Virus record (IMG/VR): IMGVR_UViG_3300033512_000271
DNA: 64,000 nucleotides
Origin: an uncultured virus (IMG/VR IMGVR_UViG_3300033512_000271)
Taxonomy: Duplodnaviria > Heunggongvirae > Uroviricota > Caudoviricetes
Direction: 5' to 3' (one strand)
The notes under the pieces were generated by a model, which saw nothing but the letters and a program-made list of their open reading frames with translations, was not told where the DNA came from and did no database searches. Position numbers and translations under genes: made by a program. Below, one piece after another: positions 31,626-42,215 of this stretch (the first letter of the stretch is position 1; each line of letters starts with the position of its first letter).

Positions 31626-34600
31626 ATGCAATCGCAAGACGTTTTAATTAAGGCGTTGGACATTATGGGGGTAGATTATCGTGTCGATGCACAACCTCCA
31701 CAAAACATCCGTGTGGACTGTCCCTCTGAAACATGTAGGTATGAACACGGTAAGTACCACATGAACATCAAGTTCGGCGACAAAGGCAAGGTCTTAGACG
31801 GGACATACCATTGCTGGGCGTGCCATGCCAAGGGTAAAAAATTTCTAGCTGACATAGGTAAATTGTACAACGGGGTGGTCAGCGAGAGTGTAATAGCGAC
31901 AGTTCAGGAAGGCGTGGCAGCAGACGTAGTATCTTCTGAGAAGTTGGATGGATCATCTTTTGAGAATCTTGGAGATTTTAAATTGATGGCATCCTATAAG
32001 GATGTGTTCGGTTCGCATGGGGATCCGGATTACGCACGATACTTTGACGTGCTAGGGATAGCCAGAGATGTGGACGGGGTGTGGTATGTGGCAAAGAAGA
32101 TTTCTGGAGTAGGCTCTATAGTGATTGGAGTGTCCTCAAGATTTGCAATGTTTGGACACCATTTCATAGGTGAGGCTCTAAAGTATCGTAAGCGAGACAT
32201 CGTGTATGTCTCAGATTTGACAGAAGCCATCGAATACAATGTCAACAACTTCTTCACCTCAGATTCGTGCGCAGTTTACATAGACCCAACCAAGGATGCA
32301 GACGGAGTCTATCGAGTGCTTGGTGAACATGGGTTAAAGTTCAGACTGGGCGAGGGTGATGTCGAGGCATTGGCTGAAGTCAAACTTGAAGCATCGGTGC
32401 GGGATGATGCCCTCAAATTCGTGAAATCCCTGTTCCCGTTGGAGCCGCACACATACAACTCAGATGCACAGTTAGTAGAGGCATTACTTAGACCTATGGT
32501 GTTTGGGGTGTTAAACACTGACGACCTGTCAGAATATGTTGAGCTATTGACTAAGATGGAACCACTGCCAGATGTCCCACGTTCTATGTTTGTCATTGGA
32601 GACGTTGTGAACACGTCCATGTTTATCGGAAAAGAGGATTTTTCTGTAAATGTGTTTAATATTGATACAGAGACAGAGGTAACAAAGTCTCAGTGCAAAG
32701 ACGGCATTGTTGTGTCGTACTCAAAAGCCATGCTAGATCGTCTACTTTTGTCTCTTGAGATGATGTCTTGGGGGGACATGATTGTTGCTGTTGGCGAAGG
32801 GTGTGGGGTGCTGAACTCCGTAATCGATGAACCAATGATAGCAAACTACAATAGGAAAGAACGAAAACCATTATTTGCGACGTGCAACTGGTTGCACACA
32901 GTCCATGTGAAAGGGGTGATGTTCAAGGTGATGATTGTGCCAACAACGAAGGTAGTGTCGCCCTTCATTAATCCATCAGGGTCTGAAAACTATCTTACAA
33001 AATACACAAACACAGTATACACAGACCTCTTCCTGAAAGCGTTGAGACAGGCGTATGTTGTGTACACTAAGTTCTACACAAGATTGCACAAAATTGTCGA
33101 CACAACGATACTGAATGAGTTTAACATGCTGACTGGGGTCAAATGCTACTTTGAGGTAACAGATGAACTAATTGACAGGGTGTCGGACTTTTGTAGAGAC
33201 AGGGTGGTAGGTGTTGACATTGAAGCAACACACTTAAATCCGTACAGAGGCGCAGAGATAGGATATAAATTGATAAGTATAGCGGTAAGTGACGGGGTGG
33301 AGTCCATCTCTGTGTGGCTCGTAGATCAGGAGCTTACAGAAGATTTGCTGCTGGGAATTTTCATGAACAGTGGGAAGATGGTTTTCCATAACGCAGCATT
33401 CGATATACGAGTATTGATGTACTTGTATCCATCAATTAAGGATGTACTGCTGGAGTGTCCACATAAGTTGGAAGACACTGGCGGTATAGCGTTAGCGTTC
33501 AATCTCCACCCAGAGAACAACAGTAATGCTGCAACTCGCACTACGAGTTTGAACAAACTGACTAAAATGTTGTTTGGGCTATACATTAAAGATTCGTTCG
33601 CCCATGTTGATAGAGAAAAGATGTGGAAGTATCTGGACTCTGGGTATGTAGATAAATACGTTGTTTTGCTATATAACGGTGGTGACTCTAAGTGGACGGC
33701 GTTGGCGTTTAAGTTGATGCAGATGGCTGTCGGCGGGAAGAACATGCTCAATACCCCAGAGTACATTCATTATCGCAGACGGATGGAGATAGTAGTTGCG
33801 TGCTCTGTCATGTCCAACTATGGTATCCCAGTATCTGTGGACGGTATTATTAATAAAGGAAATGCGTTAAAACGTGAAGCCGTTCGCATAGAAAAATTCA
33901 TCGAAGAACACCCTTTAGTGTTAGCATTTCTTGAATCTCCAGAAGGGGAGAAGTGCGCTGGCGGGTTTAATACTGGGTCGTCAGTTGTCAGACACAGGTT
34001 TGCTGTGGAGTATTTAGGTCTTCAGGACCCAACTAAACAGGAGGTGAAGGCGCATGGAAACTCGAAGGCAGGGGTGTGGAAGTTTCACTGCGATAACAAT
34101 GGTGCGGACGATCCAATTCTAACGATGGCTTCTGAGGTGTTTGGGGCGATTGTAGAACTTGGTCAATGTCTGAGCCCACTTAGAACACTGATCCTACCTT
34201 TTAGAAATGTACTTGTTGATATATTCAAGGATGCCCCACACAGGCTGGCTGAGATCGAATTCTTTGATCCTGGGTATTTGGACGAGGTTAAGTTGGGGAA
34301 AGTTATAGGCTCGCAGAATGATGGGTTGGATTTCTTTTCAGAGGATGATTCGGCATACGATTATGAAAACGACGCATACGACGTTATTGGTGGTAAAATG
34401 GCTGACTTCTACCACATTACAACGTATGACAGAGCTTTGGGAGTCTTACGAATCCACACCTCATTTAAGGTGTTAGGAGCTACAGTGTCAGAGCGTATCG
34501 CTTCATCACCGAACGTTCAAAACATCTCACCAGAGATGCGTGAGATATTCGAGACTCCCAAGGGACAAGTGTATTGTGCATGTGATTGTGGTGGTGCAGA

Positions 34601-35363
34601 CGTCACCATAGCCGCAGCCCTGTACAACGACACACGGCTGCTGGACATGTTGTGGAATGATGGCGACGTTCACAGAGAAGCCACTATAATGTTACTAGAA
34701 TGTACTAAAGGAAGACCTGACGACGTAGAAGCAAGGTTCAGAGCTGAACATTCAGAAGTTGAGACACGTGAAGAAGTTATCCACAAGTTGCGCAAGAAGA
34801 TCAAAGGCAACGTTGTCTTTGCAACAATTTATGGCAGTCACCCTGAACAGATGCGAGCCACATTAGACCTGACCCCAGAGTCGTTCGCCGAATTCCTCCC
34901 ACTGAAAGCAAAGTTGTTAGGTGGGATTGAGGACGGACATGAGCGGATGTTGAACCAAGTTAAGACCCAAGGGTATTTTCTTGATCCATTCTCCCAAACT
35001 AAACTGCGTGGCGATTTTTCGAGAAACCAGTTTTTCAACATTCCAGTTCAGGGCGGGACTGCTAAATGGGCTAACTCGACACTACTCCCATTGATCAAGG
35101 CTGGAGTACAGTTGGTCAATATTATCCACGACGAGCCATTTGCGGTTGAAGTTGAAGAGAAGGCGGACAGTACAGTCAGATTTATGGCTAAGACATTGGT
35201 TACTAGCTTATTCAAGGATTACCCACATTTGGATGGAAGAATGCCTCTCAAAGCTGAGGGATTCATTTCTAATCGTTGGGATAATTTAAAACATGAAGTT
35301 TACGTGGTGGATTCATCTACGAACTATGGATACACGAGACGAAAGAAGGGTAAGAGGGCATAG
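31626..35363 (+). CDS. polA: family A DNA polymerase with 3'-5' exonuclease and N-terminal primase-type zinc finger plus degenerate TOPRIM/UDG-like domains
   Basis: Exo motifs DIEAT, HNAAFD and YNGGD; RIASSPNVQNI; motif A DCGGAD, motif B RKKIK..F...YG, motif C IHDE; N-terminal CP..C..H....CWAC. Confidence 0.92.
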   Translation: MQSQDVLIKALDIMGVDYRVDAQPPQNIRVDCPSETCRYEHGKYHMNIKFGDKGKVLDGTYHCWACHAKGKKFLADIGKLYNGVVSESVIATVQEGVAADVVSSEKLDGSSFENLGDFKLMASYKDVFGSHGDPDYARYFDVLGIARDVDGVWYVAKKISGVGSIVIGVSSRFAMFGHHFIGEALKYRKRDIVYVSDLTEAIEYNVNNFFTSDSCAVYIDPTKDADGVYRVLGEHGLKFRLGEGDVEALAEVKLEASVRDDALKFVKSLFPLEPHTYNSDAQLVEALLRPMVFGVLNTDDLSEYVELLTKMEPLPDVPRSMFVIGDVVNTSMFIGKEDFSVNVFNIDTETEVTKSQCKDGIVVSYSKAMLDRLLLSLEMMSWGDMIVAVGEGCGVLNSVIDEPMIANYNRKERKPLFATCNWLHTVHVKGVMFKVMIVPTTKVVSPFINPSGSENYLTKYTNTVYTDLFLKALRQAYVVYTKFYTRLHKIVDTTILNEFNMLTGVKCYFEVTDELIDRVSDFCRDRVVGVDIEATHLNPYRGAEIGYKLISIAVSDGVESISVWLVDQELTEDLLLGIFMNSGKMVFHNAAFDIRVLMYLYPSIKDVLLECPHKLEDTGGIALAFNLHPENNSNAATRTTSLNKLTKMLFGLYIKDSFAHVDREKMWKYLDSGYVDKYVVLLYNGGDSKWTALAFKLMQMAVGGKNMLNTPEYIHYRRRMEIVVACSVMSNYGIPVSVDGIINKGNALKREAVRIEKFIEEHPLVLAFLESPEGEKCAGGFNTGSSVVRHRFAVEYLGLQDPTKQEVKAHGNSKAGVWKFHCDNNGADDPILTMASEVFGAIVELGQCLSPLRTLILPFRNVLVDIFKDAPHRLAEIEFFDPGYLDEVKLGKVIGSQNDGLDFFSEDDSAYDYENDAYDVIGGKMADFYHITTYDRALGVLRIHTSFKVLGATVSERIASSPNVQNISPEMREIFETPKGQVYCACDCGGADVTIAAALYNDTRLLDMLWNDGDVHREATIMLLECTKGRPDDVEARFRAEHSEVETREEVIHKLRKKIKGNVVFATIYGSHPEQMRATLDLTPESFAEFLPLKAKLLGGIEDGHERMLNQVKTQGYFLDPFSQTKLRGDFSRNQFFNIPVQGGTAKWANSTLLPLIKAGVQLVNIIHDEPFAVEVEEKADSTVRFMAKTLVTSLFKDYPHLDGRMPLKAEGFISNRWDNLKHEVYVVDSSTNYGYTRRKKGKRA

Positions 35364-36165
35364 CGAGTTACGCCTATTCAACAACACCCATTTAGAGGTA
35401 GTGTCGATTGGGACGGAAACGGTGTCTATCCTAACCGTTCCAATCTCACTCCCATCTTATAGGATAGGAGGAAAACTTGTTAGAAAGACACGTGAACACT
35501 GGAAGCTATCACCCTATATGTACATCGAGGCGTACTGGGCAGATGGCATGTCGAAATGGATTCTCGATAATGGATATTTCCATCTGAAGAATTCGTATAA
35601 CGTTCACATGATTCCAAAAGAATTCACTGACTCGCCATTATTCACATATGACAAGGAGGATGATTTTTTATATGGTGATGTATTGAACGGAGAAGGGATG
35701 AGCGGTGTTACGAAGATGTCTGTCGTACTTGTATGTGGGATTGAGGTGAGATTCAATGGTAGGGTGTACGCACCTGTAGAATGTGAAATGGTTCCCAAAC
35801 TGTTTATGTTTCAATCCACATTGTACGACAGAAGAGTAAAAGTGATAACAGACAAGACGTATGAGTTCACTGGAGTGTCTATCGCAGACTCTATGGTGTC
35901 GATCCACAACCCCACAATAATAACAGCAATACCTGGCAACAGGGTGATTAGTATCGGAAACCTGGCATCTATCAGAGATACAGTAGGGATGGATGTGCAC
36001 AAGGTGTTCAGTAGGGAAGCCTCACAACCTCCACGAAGTGAGCTGTTATTCTATCGGATGTTACTGGGTTACGCAGTCAACGAGATGTATGATGTGAATT
36101 TGTATGAAAATCTTAATATTTTTAGTAAACAAGAAACCAAAATCGCAGTATCAACCATAAGTTAG
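35326..36165 (+). CDS. hypothetical protein
   Basis: Long ORF overlapping the polA end; start uncertain. Confidence 0.6.
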   Translation: MDTRDERRVRGHSELRLFNNTHLEVVSIGTETVSILTVPISLPSYRIGGKLVRKTREHWKLSPYMYIEAYWADGMSKWILDNGYFHLKNSYNVHMIPKEFTDSPLFTYDKEDDFLYGDVLNGEGMSGVTKMSVVLVCGIEVRFNGRVYAPVECEMVPKLFMFQSTLYDRRVKVITDKTYEFTGVSIADSMVSIHNPTIITAIPGNRVISIGNLASIRDTVGMDVHKVFSREASQPPRSELLFYRMLLGYAVNEMYDVNLYENLNIFSKQETKIAVSTIS

Positions 36166-36178
36166 ACAAGAGGAAATT

Positions 36179-38002
36179 GTGATGACAGACATTTTCGACA
36201 GTAGTGTTTCACTAGACGAAGTTAATATCGAAGCGATGTTTGATGTGGCTGGAAGCGTTATCACCGCTGTAAAAAGAGAAAGCGTCGAGCGTTGCTTACG
36301 CCCAGACATGGGTAACGGCGCAAAGATTGTGCAGTTAAGCCAATCTGAACTCCAATTGCTCTTCATTCCGGGCGGCATAGCGTACTACACTGCCCCAGGA
36401 ACAGTGACCCCACTGCTGACCCCATCTGGTGGAAAGATTTTACGTGAATCCAACTCTATCCAGAGTCATGTGCTTGTTGAGAATGTTTACGACGGCGGTT
36501 CTCGTTCCAGAGTCAATGTGGCTGGGGCTAACGCAACACGGGTAGATTTATCCATGAAGGGTGCTATCCAAGTAGCAGTGTATCACGGTGAAGTGTTCTC
36601 AGAGTACTCAGCCATTCAAGCTGCTTTGATGATGTCTCCCACATCTGTGGCATCAATGGTGGTGGCAAATGTATTGGGTGGTTGGAAAAAACGCTTTGTC
36701 CCAGTGCCGGGGTCAAATCCACCCAAAAATGAAATACACCCATTAGCCGATGGATTTAACACTTCCACAGACGTTGTTTGCTACGTCCTTAATGCAAATG
36801 CGGCGTTCAATGCAAATAGTGTGACACTGACTGGGTATCCTTTGGCTGGGGCACGAGTGGTCGATGATGAAGTGCTCACTGATACGTTGATTAATGTATT
36901 TCGTGTTGCGGATTTTAGATTCATGCCAGCATACAATGCGGCTGCACAAGCACAGTCCCAACACGGGAGTAAGGTGTCAGCTTTTTGTAACTTACAATCG
37001 TTATATCTGACTAATGTGTCGGTTGGGTCGTTGGCTTCCAAAAAGTATGAGCATGACGGGTCAATTGACCCAGCCACAGTGTCTGTGTCATTTAAACAAT
37101 TGCAAATGCAGACAGCGTCATTTACGGCGATTTCAGGAAGCACAAATACTATGACTGGCATGGAGTTGATGAAGCGTATCGCAGCCAATGCCGCAAAGTA
37201 CCCATTGCCAGAAAACATTCAGTATCTGACAGAGGTAGAAGATTTCAGTCGGGCAATGCATTTGCTGTCCATGCAAGAGTCGTCATACCCAGGTGTTATT
37301 GATCGGTTCGTGGACGGGTTGGCACGAGAGGTGGATTCTCGTGAAGCAAGAGTGTACGAAGCTGGTCTGGCTGCCGGGCTGTCTCGTAATGATATTAAAG
37401 CGGTGTTGGAAAAGCCAATCTTTTTAAACAGACGCGATTTGGTCAAAGCCAAGTCTGACCGCAAATCCAATGCCGGTGAAAGTGTTAGCTCTGGGACAGC
37501 CCAGTTTGACAAGGCATCCATCGAAAAAATGAATGCGACGATGACGCCTGCCGCTGTGGTTTCCCCAGTTGTTGCGCCAACCACTGTTCCTCAAAAGACC
37601 GTAGAATCAGGAGGATTGTCTCCAAAGGACTTAAAAAATGCACTCACATCATTAAAAGTTGGCGGTGATAAGCTGGATAGCTCTTGGGGCGCATTTAAGG
37701 ATGAGTTGGAGGGCATGGAAGCTGCATACTTGGGCGACAATCAGGCACTGATCAAGCAGTATGGAAACCAATATTCAATTGGGTACGTCAAGCTCATACA
37801 GACTGTTACAAGAGAAGGTCATTCCGACTTAGTTGCAACAGCAGAAGCTCCGAAGCGTGGGAGCATGTTGACTGTGGGGGGTGTGACTCTGTTCATCCCA
37901 TCTGCTATGACAGGCGTAGAAGACGTTGTGAGCCTAAAAGACTCAATTGAAGACTTGTTGGAAGACGGCGGGGTTCTCGTAGAAGGCGGAGAAATCTTAT
38001 GA
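36179..38002 (+). CDS. hypothetical protein, possibly a gp32-like ssDNA-binding protein
   Basis: GAGGA SD; lies between pol and recA; A/P/T-rich linker and acidic C-terminus. The function call is weak. Confidence 0.55.
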   Translation: MMTDIFDSSVSLDEVNIEAMFDVAGSVITAVKRESVERCLRPDMGNGAKIVQLSQSELQLLFIPGGIAYYTAPGTVTPLLTPSGGKILRESNSIQSHVLVENVYDGGSRSRVNVAGANATRVDLSMKGAIQVAVYHGEVFSEYSAIQAALMMSPTSVASMVVANVLGGWKKRFVPVPGSNPPKNEIHPLADGFNTSTDVVCYVLNANAAFNANSVTLTGYPLAGARVVDDEVLTDTLINVFRVADFRFMPAYNAAAQAQSQHGSKVSAFCNLQSLYLTNVSVGSLASKKYEHDGSIDPATVSVSFKQLQMQTASFTAISGSTNTMTGMELMKRIAANAAKYPLPENIQYLTEVEDFSRAMHLLSMQESSYPGVIDRFVDGLAREVDSREARVYEAGLAAGLSRNDIKAVLEKPIFLNRRDLVKAKSDRKSNAGESVSSGTAQFDKASIEKMNATMTPAAVVSPVVAPTTVPQKTVESGGLSPKDLKNALTSLKVGGDKLDSSWGAFKDELEGMEAAYLGDNQALIKQYGNQYSIGYVKLIQTVTREGHSDLVATAEAPKRGSMLTVGGVTLFIPSAMTGVEDVVSLKDSIEDLLEDGGVLVEGGEIL

Positions 38003-38907
38003 CAGTATTAGTGATGTATAGCAAACCTGACGCAATCGAATTGTACTGCCCAGGCGGTAAAAAAAGTCTGCTATCGGTTTCATATGCTGTGGCAGATACT
38101 AGAACGATGGTTGGTAATAGCGCAGTCGGTTGTGATCAGCGAGACAAGGTGCATTGTATCAGATTTGAACGAACCAGCATGAAAGAAGTCATTCTTGGAT
38201 TTGATGTGCTTGTGTCTGGATGTGGTGCTGCGCCTATGTGCGACAAAGTGATCAAAGTGGTTGACGATGTCGTGTACTCCATAGCCAACACCATGCCGTT
38301 GGGGCGTGGGGGAGACGTTCGGTATGCGCAACATTCACTCTACACGTCATTGAGCAATGCGTATGAAAAGGAAATGGGTGAATTGAACAGACTTGCTTCA
38401 ACCACTAGCAAGTATCTTGCAGCCATTGATTATCAAGTCGTAGTGACTTTCGGCGAGTACATGGTGATGTTCACACAGCACGGGATGGTGGATTTTAAAA
38501 AACCCTACACCATCTCGAATGAGATTAAGAGTCCAGTCATGTTTTTTGGCGGGGCTGCAAGAATGCAGGCTAAAGCTGCTTGGAACGCTTACAACAGACA
38601 TACGAGATTTCCTTCACATTTCACCCCACCAGCACCAGTTGTCACGTATTCAGCGGAACTGAAGGACGTATTGCCAGCACTCATAATGCATCTACAGAGT
38701 GAGTACGTCGACATGTTTAAGGTTATGGCGTTCTCTGTATTCGATGCCGAGCCTGATGCTGTTGGACCAAACATGTCTTATTACATCTCAGTGATGTTGG
38801 AGAGTAAGAATACATCTCTGTTGATGTACGGCAGAACGGACGGCATGCCGCTAACCAACGCTGACGAGTTATTCAGCGATCTTGATGGGGCGGCACGTTT
38901 GGCATAA
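37999..38907 (+). CDS. HslV/proteasome-beta-like Ntn peptidase
   Basis: N-terminal M-T-V-L-V, AVADTRT.VG.......KV, VSGCG and FGGAA..A.AA follow the Ntn protease pattern. Confidence 0.6.
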   Translation: MTVLVMYSKPDAIELYCPGGKKSLLSVSYAVADTRTMVGNSAVGCDQRDKVHCIRFERTSMKEVILGFDVLVSGCGAAPMCDKVIKVVDDVVYSIANTMPLGRGGDVRYAQHSLYTSLSNAYEKEMGELNRLASTTSKYLAAIDYQVVVTFGEYMVMFTQHGMVDFKKPYTISNEIKSPVMFFGGAARMQAKAAWNAYNRHTRFPSHFTPPAPVVTYSAELKDVLPALIMHLQSEYVDMFKVMAFSVFDAEPDAVGPNMSYYISVMLESKNTSLLMYGRTDGMPLTNADELFSDLDGAARLA

Positions 38908-38919
38908 CACGTTGTAATA

Positions 38920-38950
38920 GATAGTCACGGTGTGTAGCGTCGTGACTATC
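38920..38950 (+). promoter_or_regulatory. intergenic hairpin
   Basis: GATAGTCACG/CGTGACTATC, extended by G-U pairs. Confidence 0.6.
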
Positions 38951-38969
38951 CATAAATCGAGACAGTAAA

Positions 38970-39344
38970 ATGACAATTTACATCATTAGTGTTGACAAAG
39001 AATTAACAGAAGCTGATGCCACTGAACTAGATTTAGAGAACGGAAACTGCCCAGAGTCGCAGATTCGTGGAGTGCATATCTGGTCTGCTGACAAGGATGG
39101 GGGGAAACAGTTTCATAAGATTTTGTCTGAAGTGCTTAACGTAGATGCTTCTTTGTTAAGTTTTTCCAGAGTAAACGGGAGTCAGTTGGCACAGGCGTTT
39201 TGTAAGTACGTGACAACTGAGGAGGTTGCGCCAGCATCTTGGGATAACCAATGGGGCGAATGTACGCTGAGGCTAGTGAATGCAGTGATAGCTGCCAATT
39301 GGAAAAAGTACCCACTTCGTTACATCTATTACATCAAAATGTGA
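38970..39344 (+). CDS. hypothetical protein
   Basis: 124-aa ORF. Confidence 0.65.
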   Translation: MTIYIISVDKELTEADATELDLENGNCPESQIRGVHIWSADKDGGKQFHKILSEVLNVDASLLSFSRVNGSQLAQAFCKYVTTEEVAPASWDNQWGECTLRLVNAVIAANWKKYPLRYIYYIKM

Positions 39345-39351
39345 GAATTAA

Positions 39352-40713
39352 ATGGAAACACAGTCATTGAAATCAGATATGCGGTTCGAGATAGTCGAGA
39401 CTATGGGTATGCCAACAGACTCGATGATCGCTTTTGCGGCACGAGTGTCTCATGGCGGAAGCTCTGCTGTCAGAACAGACTATAATTTGGTGAAGGCGTT
39501 ACGGGATAGCGATCACTTCTCCCCTTTCTCGCACATCAATTTTTCACTATTCATTAATTGCAGGTCAGAATGGGAACGCAACTCTCCAGTGTTGGTTGCG
39601 GTAAAAAAGTATCTGTTGGGAGGGCTGCATACTAAATATGGTGGACATGAGTTGTACGAGTCACCATTTTCACTGATGAGGAATGTTGGTGGCGGGCATG
39701 TTGGGCTGATGCGGCTATCGTTAATCCATCTTTTGAAGCTGTTAGAACATACTAGTTTTGGTAGTATGTACACGACAAGTGGTGGAGGAATTGTACCTCA
39801 TGGGTATTGTGATTTCCCACAAACAGCACCACACGAGGCATGCGACATACATGATGAGAGGTTTGCGGTATGGTACATCCCAAGACTCATTGCCAGAAAA
39901 ATTCTTGATGGCAGCGATGTTGGGTATGCGTTTATTGACAAGAACTCTGCCATCCGTGAGGAGCTTAATGGGTATGTCAAAGAGTTAGACTCATCCACAT
40001 TCGGCTATGATGAGAGCATGTCGATCAGATTAAACACATGCAACAAGGCGTTCTTAGGAGGACATCATTCCAGCAAGTCTGAGAAAATGGTAATCTGGGC
40101 ATCAGATGTGAAAACACCAAATGTGTTGATGCCCACAGACTACAACACGCTGGGCTTCATCCAAACAACCGCTTTAGATCAAATGCAGACTGTGACGTTT
40201 AAGGTGGATAATATGCCACTTTACATCGCGAATCAGTTTTTGAGACATCGGAGAGGCGTGTGTGTAAGTCAAATGTCAGGTCGATACTCAAGTTTTGGCA
40301 CGTTTGTAGGGGACGATGAGGGAGTAGGTTTGTTGAAAACTTGGCTAGACTTAGATACGTGGAGGGTTACTGCTCGTAAGGCTGACGCTCGTGCAGCCCC
40401 ACTAGTGGATTGGTCGGAAGAAAATGCTGCAGTGGCACGTCAGGGCGTTATTGATGGGATGAATCATGTGTTGATGAACGCAATATTGTTGGAAAGTCGG
40501 TGCGGTGTAGCCAAGGAATGTGTGAGAGAAGTGCTTCCTTTGGGGGCGCATACCAAGATGGTGATAACTATGACTATGGAAGCTGTCAAGCGTGTTGTTG
40601 GGCTGCGGGGCGACGATATGGCGCAAAAGGAATGGGGAACATTTGTTGAGTTTTTAACAGGAGTGTTGATTAAACATGATGAGATGTACTATGGTTCAGA
40701 GGGGAGCGAATAA
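39352..40713 (+). CDS. thyX: flavin-dependent thymidylate synthase with a large insertion
   Basis: AARVS, HFSPF, QFLRHRRGVCVSQMSGRY, AKECVREVLP and LR...AQKEW. Confidence 0.9.
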   Translation: METQSLKSDMRFEIVETMGMPTDSMIAFAARVSHGGSSAVRTDYNLVKALRDSDHFSPFSHINFSLFINCRSEWERNSPVLVAVKKYLLGGLHTKYGGHELYESPFSLMRNVGGGHVGLMRLSLIHLLKLLEHTSFGSMYTTSGGGIVPHGYCDFPQTAPHEACDIHDERFAVWYIPRLIARKILDGSDVGYAFIDKNSAIREELNGYVKELDSSTFGYDESMSIRLNTCNKAFLGGHHSSKSEKMVIWASDVKTPNVLMPTDYNTLGFIQTTALDQMQTVTFKVDNMPLYIANQFLRHRRGVCVSQMSGRYSSFGTFVGDDEGVGLLKTWLDLDTWRVTARKADARAAPLVDWSEENAAVARQGVIDGMNHVLMNAILLESRCGVAKECVREVLPLGAHTKMVITMTMEAVKRVVGLRGDDMAQKEWGTFVEFLTGVLIKHDEMYYGSEGSE

Positions 40714-42209
40714 TGGCTGCGAAAAGTAAAAGTTCAGGCGATGCAGTACAGGCGTTGTTGGAAAGTGAGGTGAGTGATTTGTCTGAAGAGGATGCTGCGA
40801 GTATCCTGGCGGGTATGAGAGTCGATGACGATAGTGTGGATGGCGGGGTGGTTGGTCTAGGTGTTGGAGGACGTGGCGAAGAGACGCTGAACAATTACTC
40901 AAGCCAATCGTCAATCGGTGTGCCGCCGATAAAAATACTTGCTGCCTCTCCACAACACACTTTTTCATTTTCTCCATTGCTGGATGTTTATGGAGTGACC
41001 CCGTCCCCTGGGAGATGGTACATTATACACGGGATGAAGGGCACTGGGAAAACTGCAGCATGCGTTGGGATGGCTCACATGCTGATATTTCAAAAATACC
41101 TATTTTCCGACTTTGAACCACAGGTAGTGTATTTCGATACTGAGGGTGGGTTTGATCCTAACAGAACTTCTGCCCTGTCATCCCCGTCATCCCTATACCC
41201 ACTACGGCAAGGGGATTTCATTAAACATACTAAGGTATATTCCCCTTATTCATACCAAGGCAGCCACAAAATCTCAACGATCCAGGCATTGATACTTGAA
41301 GAGTTGGGGGCTACATCCGAAGAGGCAAAGGACATCGGGGATTCTGATCTTGATGAAGACGGCACTCCTCGTGAAAAACTCAAGACTGTAGCTGCATTGA
41401 TCGCTATGGTCAAACGTGCTGTGAAGAAGAGCAAAGGCAAACTACCTCGTAGACTGTTTGTTATTGACTCGTTTGCAGGGGCTGACGACACAGTGGAATT
41501 GGCATTGTTGGATAAACCAACTTACATGGTGCCTGCTAAATACAAACTCATTGGGGTGATGTTCAAACAGTTACAATACGTCCTTCACGCAATGAACGCT
41601 TCTGTGATAATGATCGACTGGGATGTGACAAATGTTAATAAGGCTAACATCTATTCACCAGACACGACACATGGCGGTGCGGCATCTACAAAGTACATGG
41701 GAAACCACATTGTAGGCATGTCGACTCGCAAATCAGAAGATATAGTCAAACTGGTTGCCAAAGAAAAAGAGCTTGCTGGAAGAATTGTGCGGCTGGCAAT
41801 TGAAAAATCAAGATGCGCTAGAAACACAGTATTACCAGCCCAATATATGTTCAATGTGGGTTTTAGCAAAACACTGACCTTTATGTACTACATGACCGCC
41901 CATTGGAGTCCAGAGTATCGTGAGTTGATTATGGAGTCATTGCGTGAAGTAATGGGCAAATTTGACGTTGATTTGGCGGCTGTGACCAGTGGGAAGACAG
42001 GCGACTTTAAGAATAAGTTGGTCAAGGCATTCATTCAAGCTGCGACAAACAATGCCAGAGCGATAACTGCCGCAAGAGCTAGTGGTGGTGACGATTTGCC
42101 CCACATGCTGCTGACGCACGAACTGTACTTGGAGATGCTCACACTGTTGGAGTATGTCGCCAAGGATGTGGAAGCTGCTGTATTCTCAGATGATTTGTGC
42201 CTGTCATAG
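40713..42209 (+). CDS. recA: RecA/UvsX-like recombinase
   Basis: GMKGTGKT, YFDTEG, VIDS, HGG and KSR. Confidence 0.85.
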   Translation: MAAKSKSSGDAVQALLESEVSDLSEEDAASILAGMRVDDDSVDGGVVGLGVGGRGEETLNNYSSQSSIGVPPIKILAASPQHTFSFSPLLDVYGVTPSPGRWYIIHGMKGTGKTAACVGMAHMLIFQKYLFSDFEPQVVYFDTEGGFDPNRTSALSSPSSLYPLRQGDFIKHTKVYSPYSYQGSHKISTIQALILEELGATSEEAKDIGDSDLDEDGTPREKLKTVAALIAMVKRAVKKSKGKLPRRLFVIDSFAGADDTVELALLDKPTYMVPAKYKLIGVMFKQLQYVLHAMNASVIMIDWDVTNVNKANIYSPDTTHGGAASTKYMGNHIVGMSTRKSEDIVKLVAKEKELAGRIVRLAIEKSRCARNTVLPAQYMFNVGFSKTLTFMYYMTAHWSPEYRELIMESLREVMGKFDVDLAAVTSGKTGDFKNKLVKAFIQAATNNARAITAARASGGDDLPHMLLTHELYLEMLTLLEYVAKDVEAAVFSDDLCLS

Positions 42210-42215
42210 CCAATC

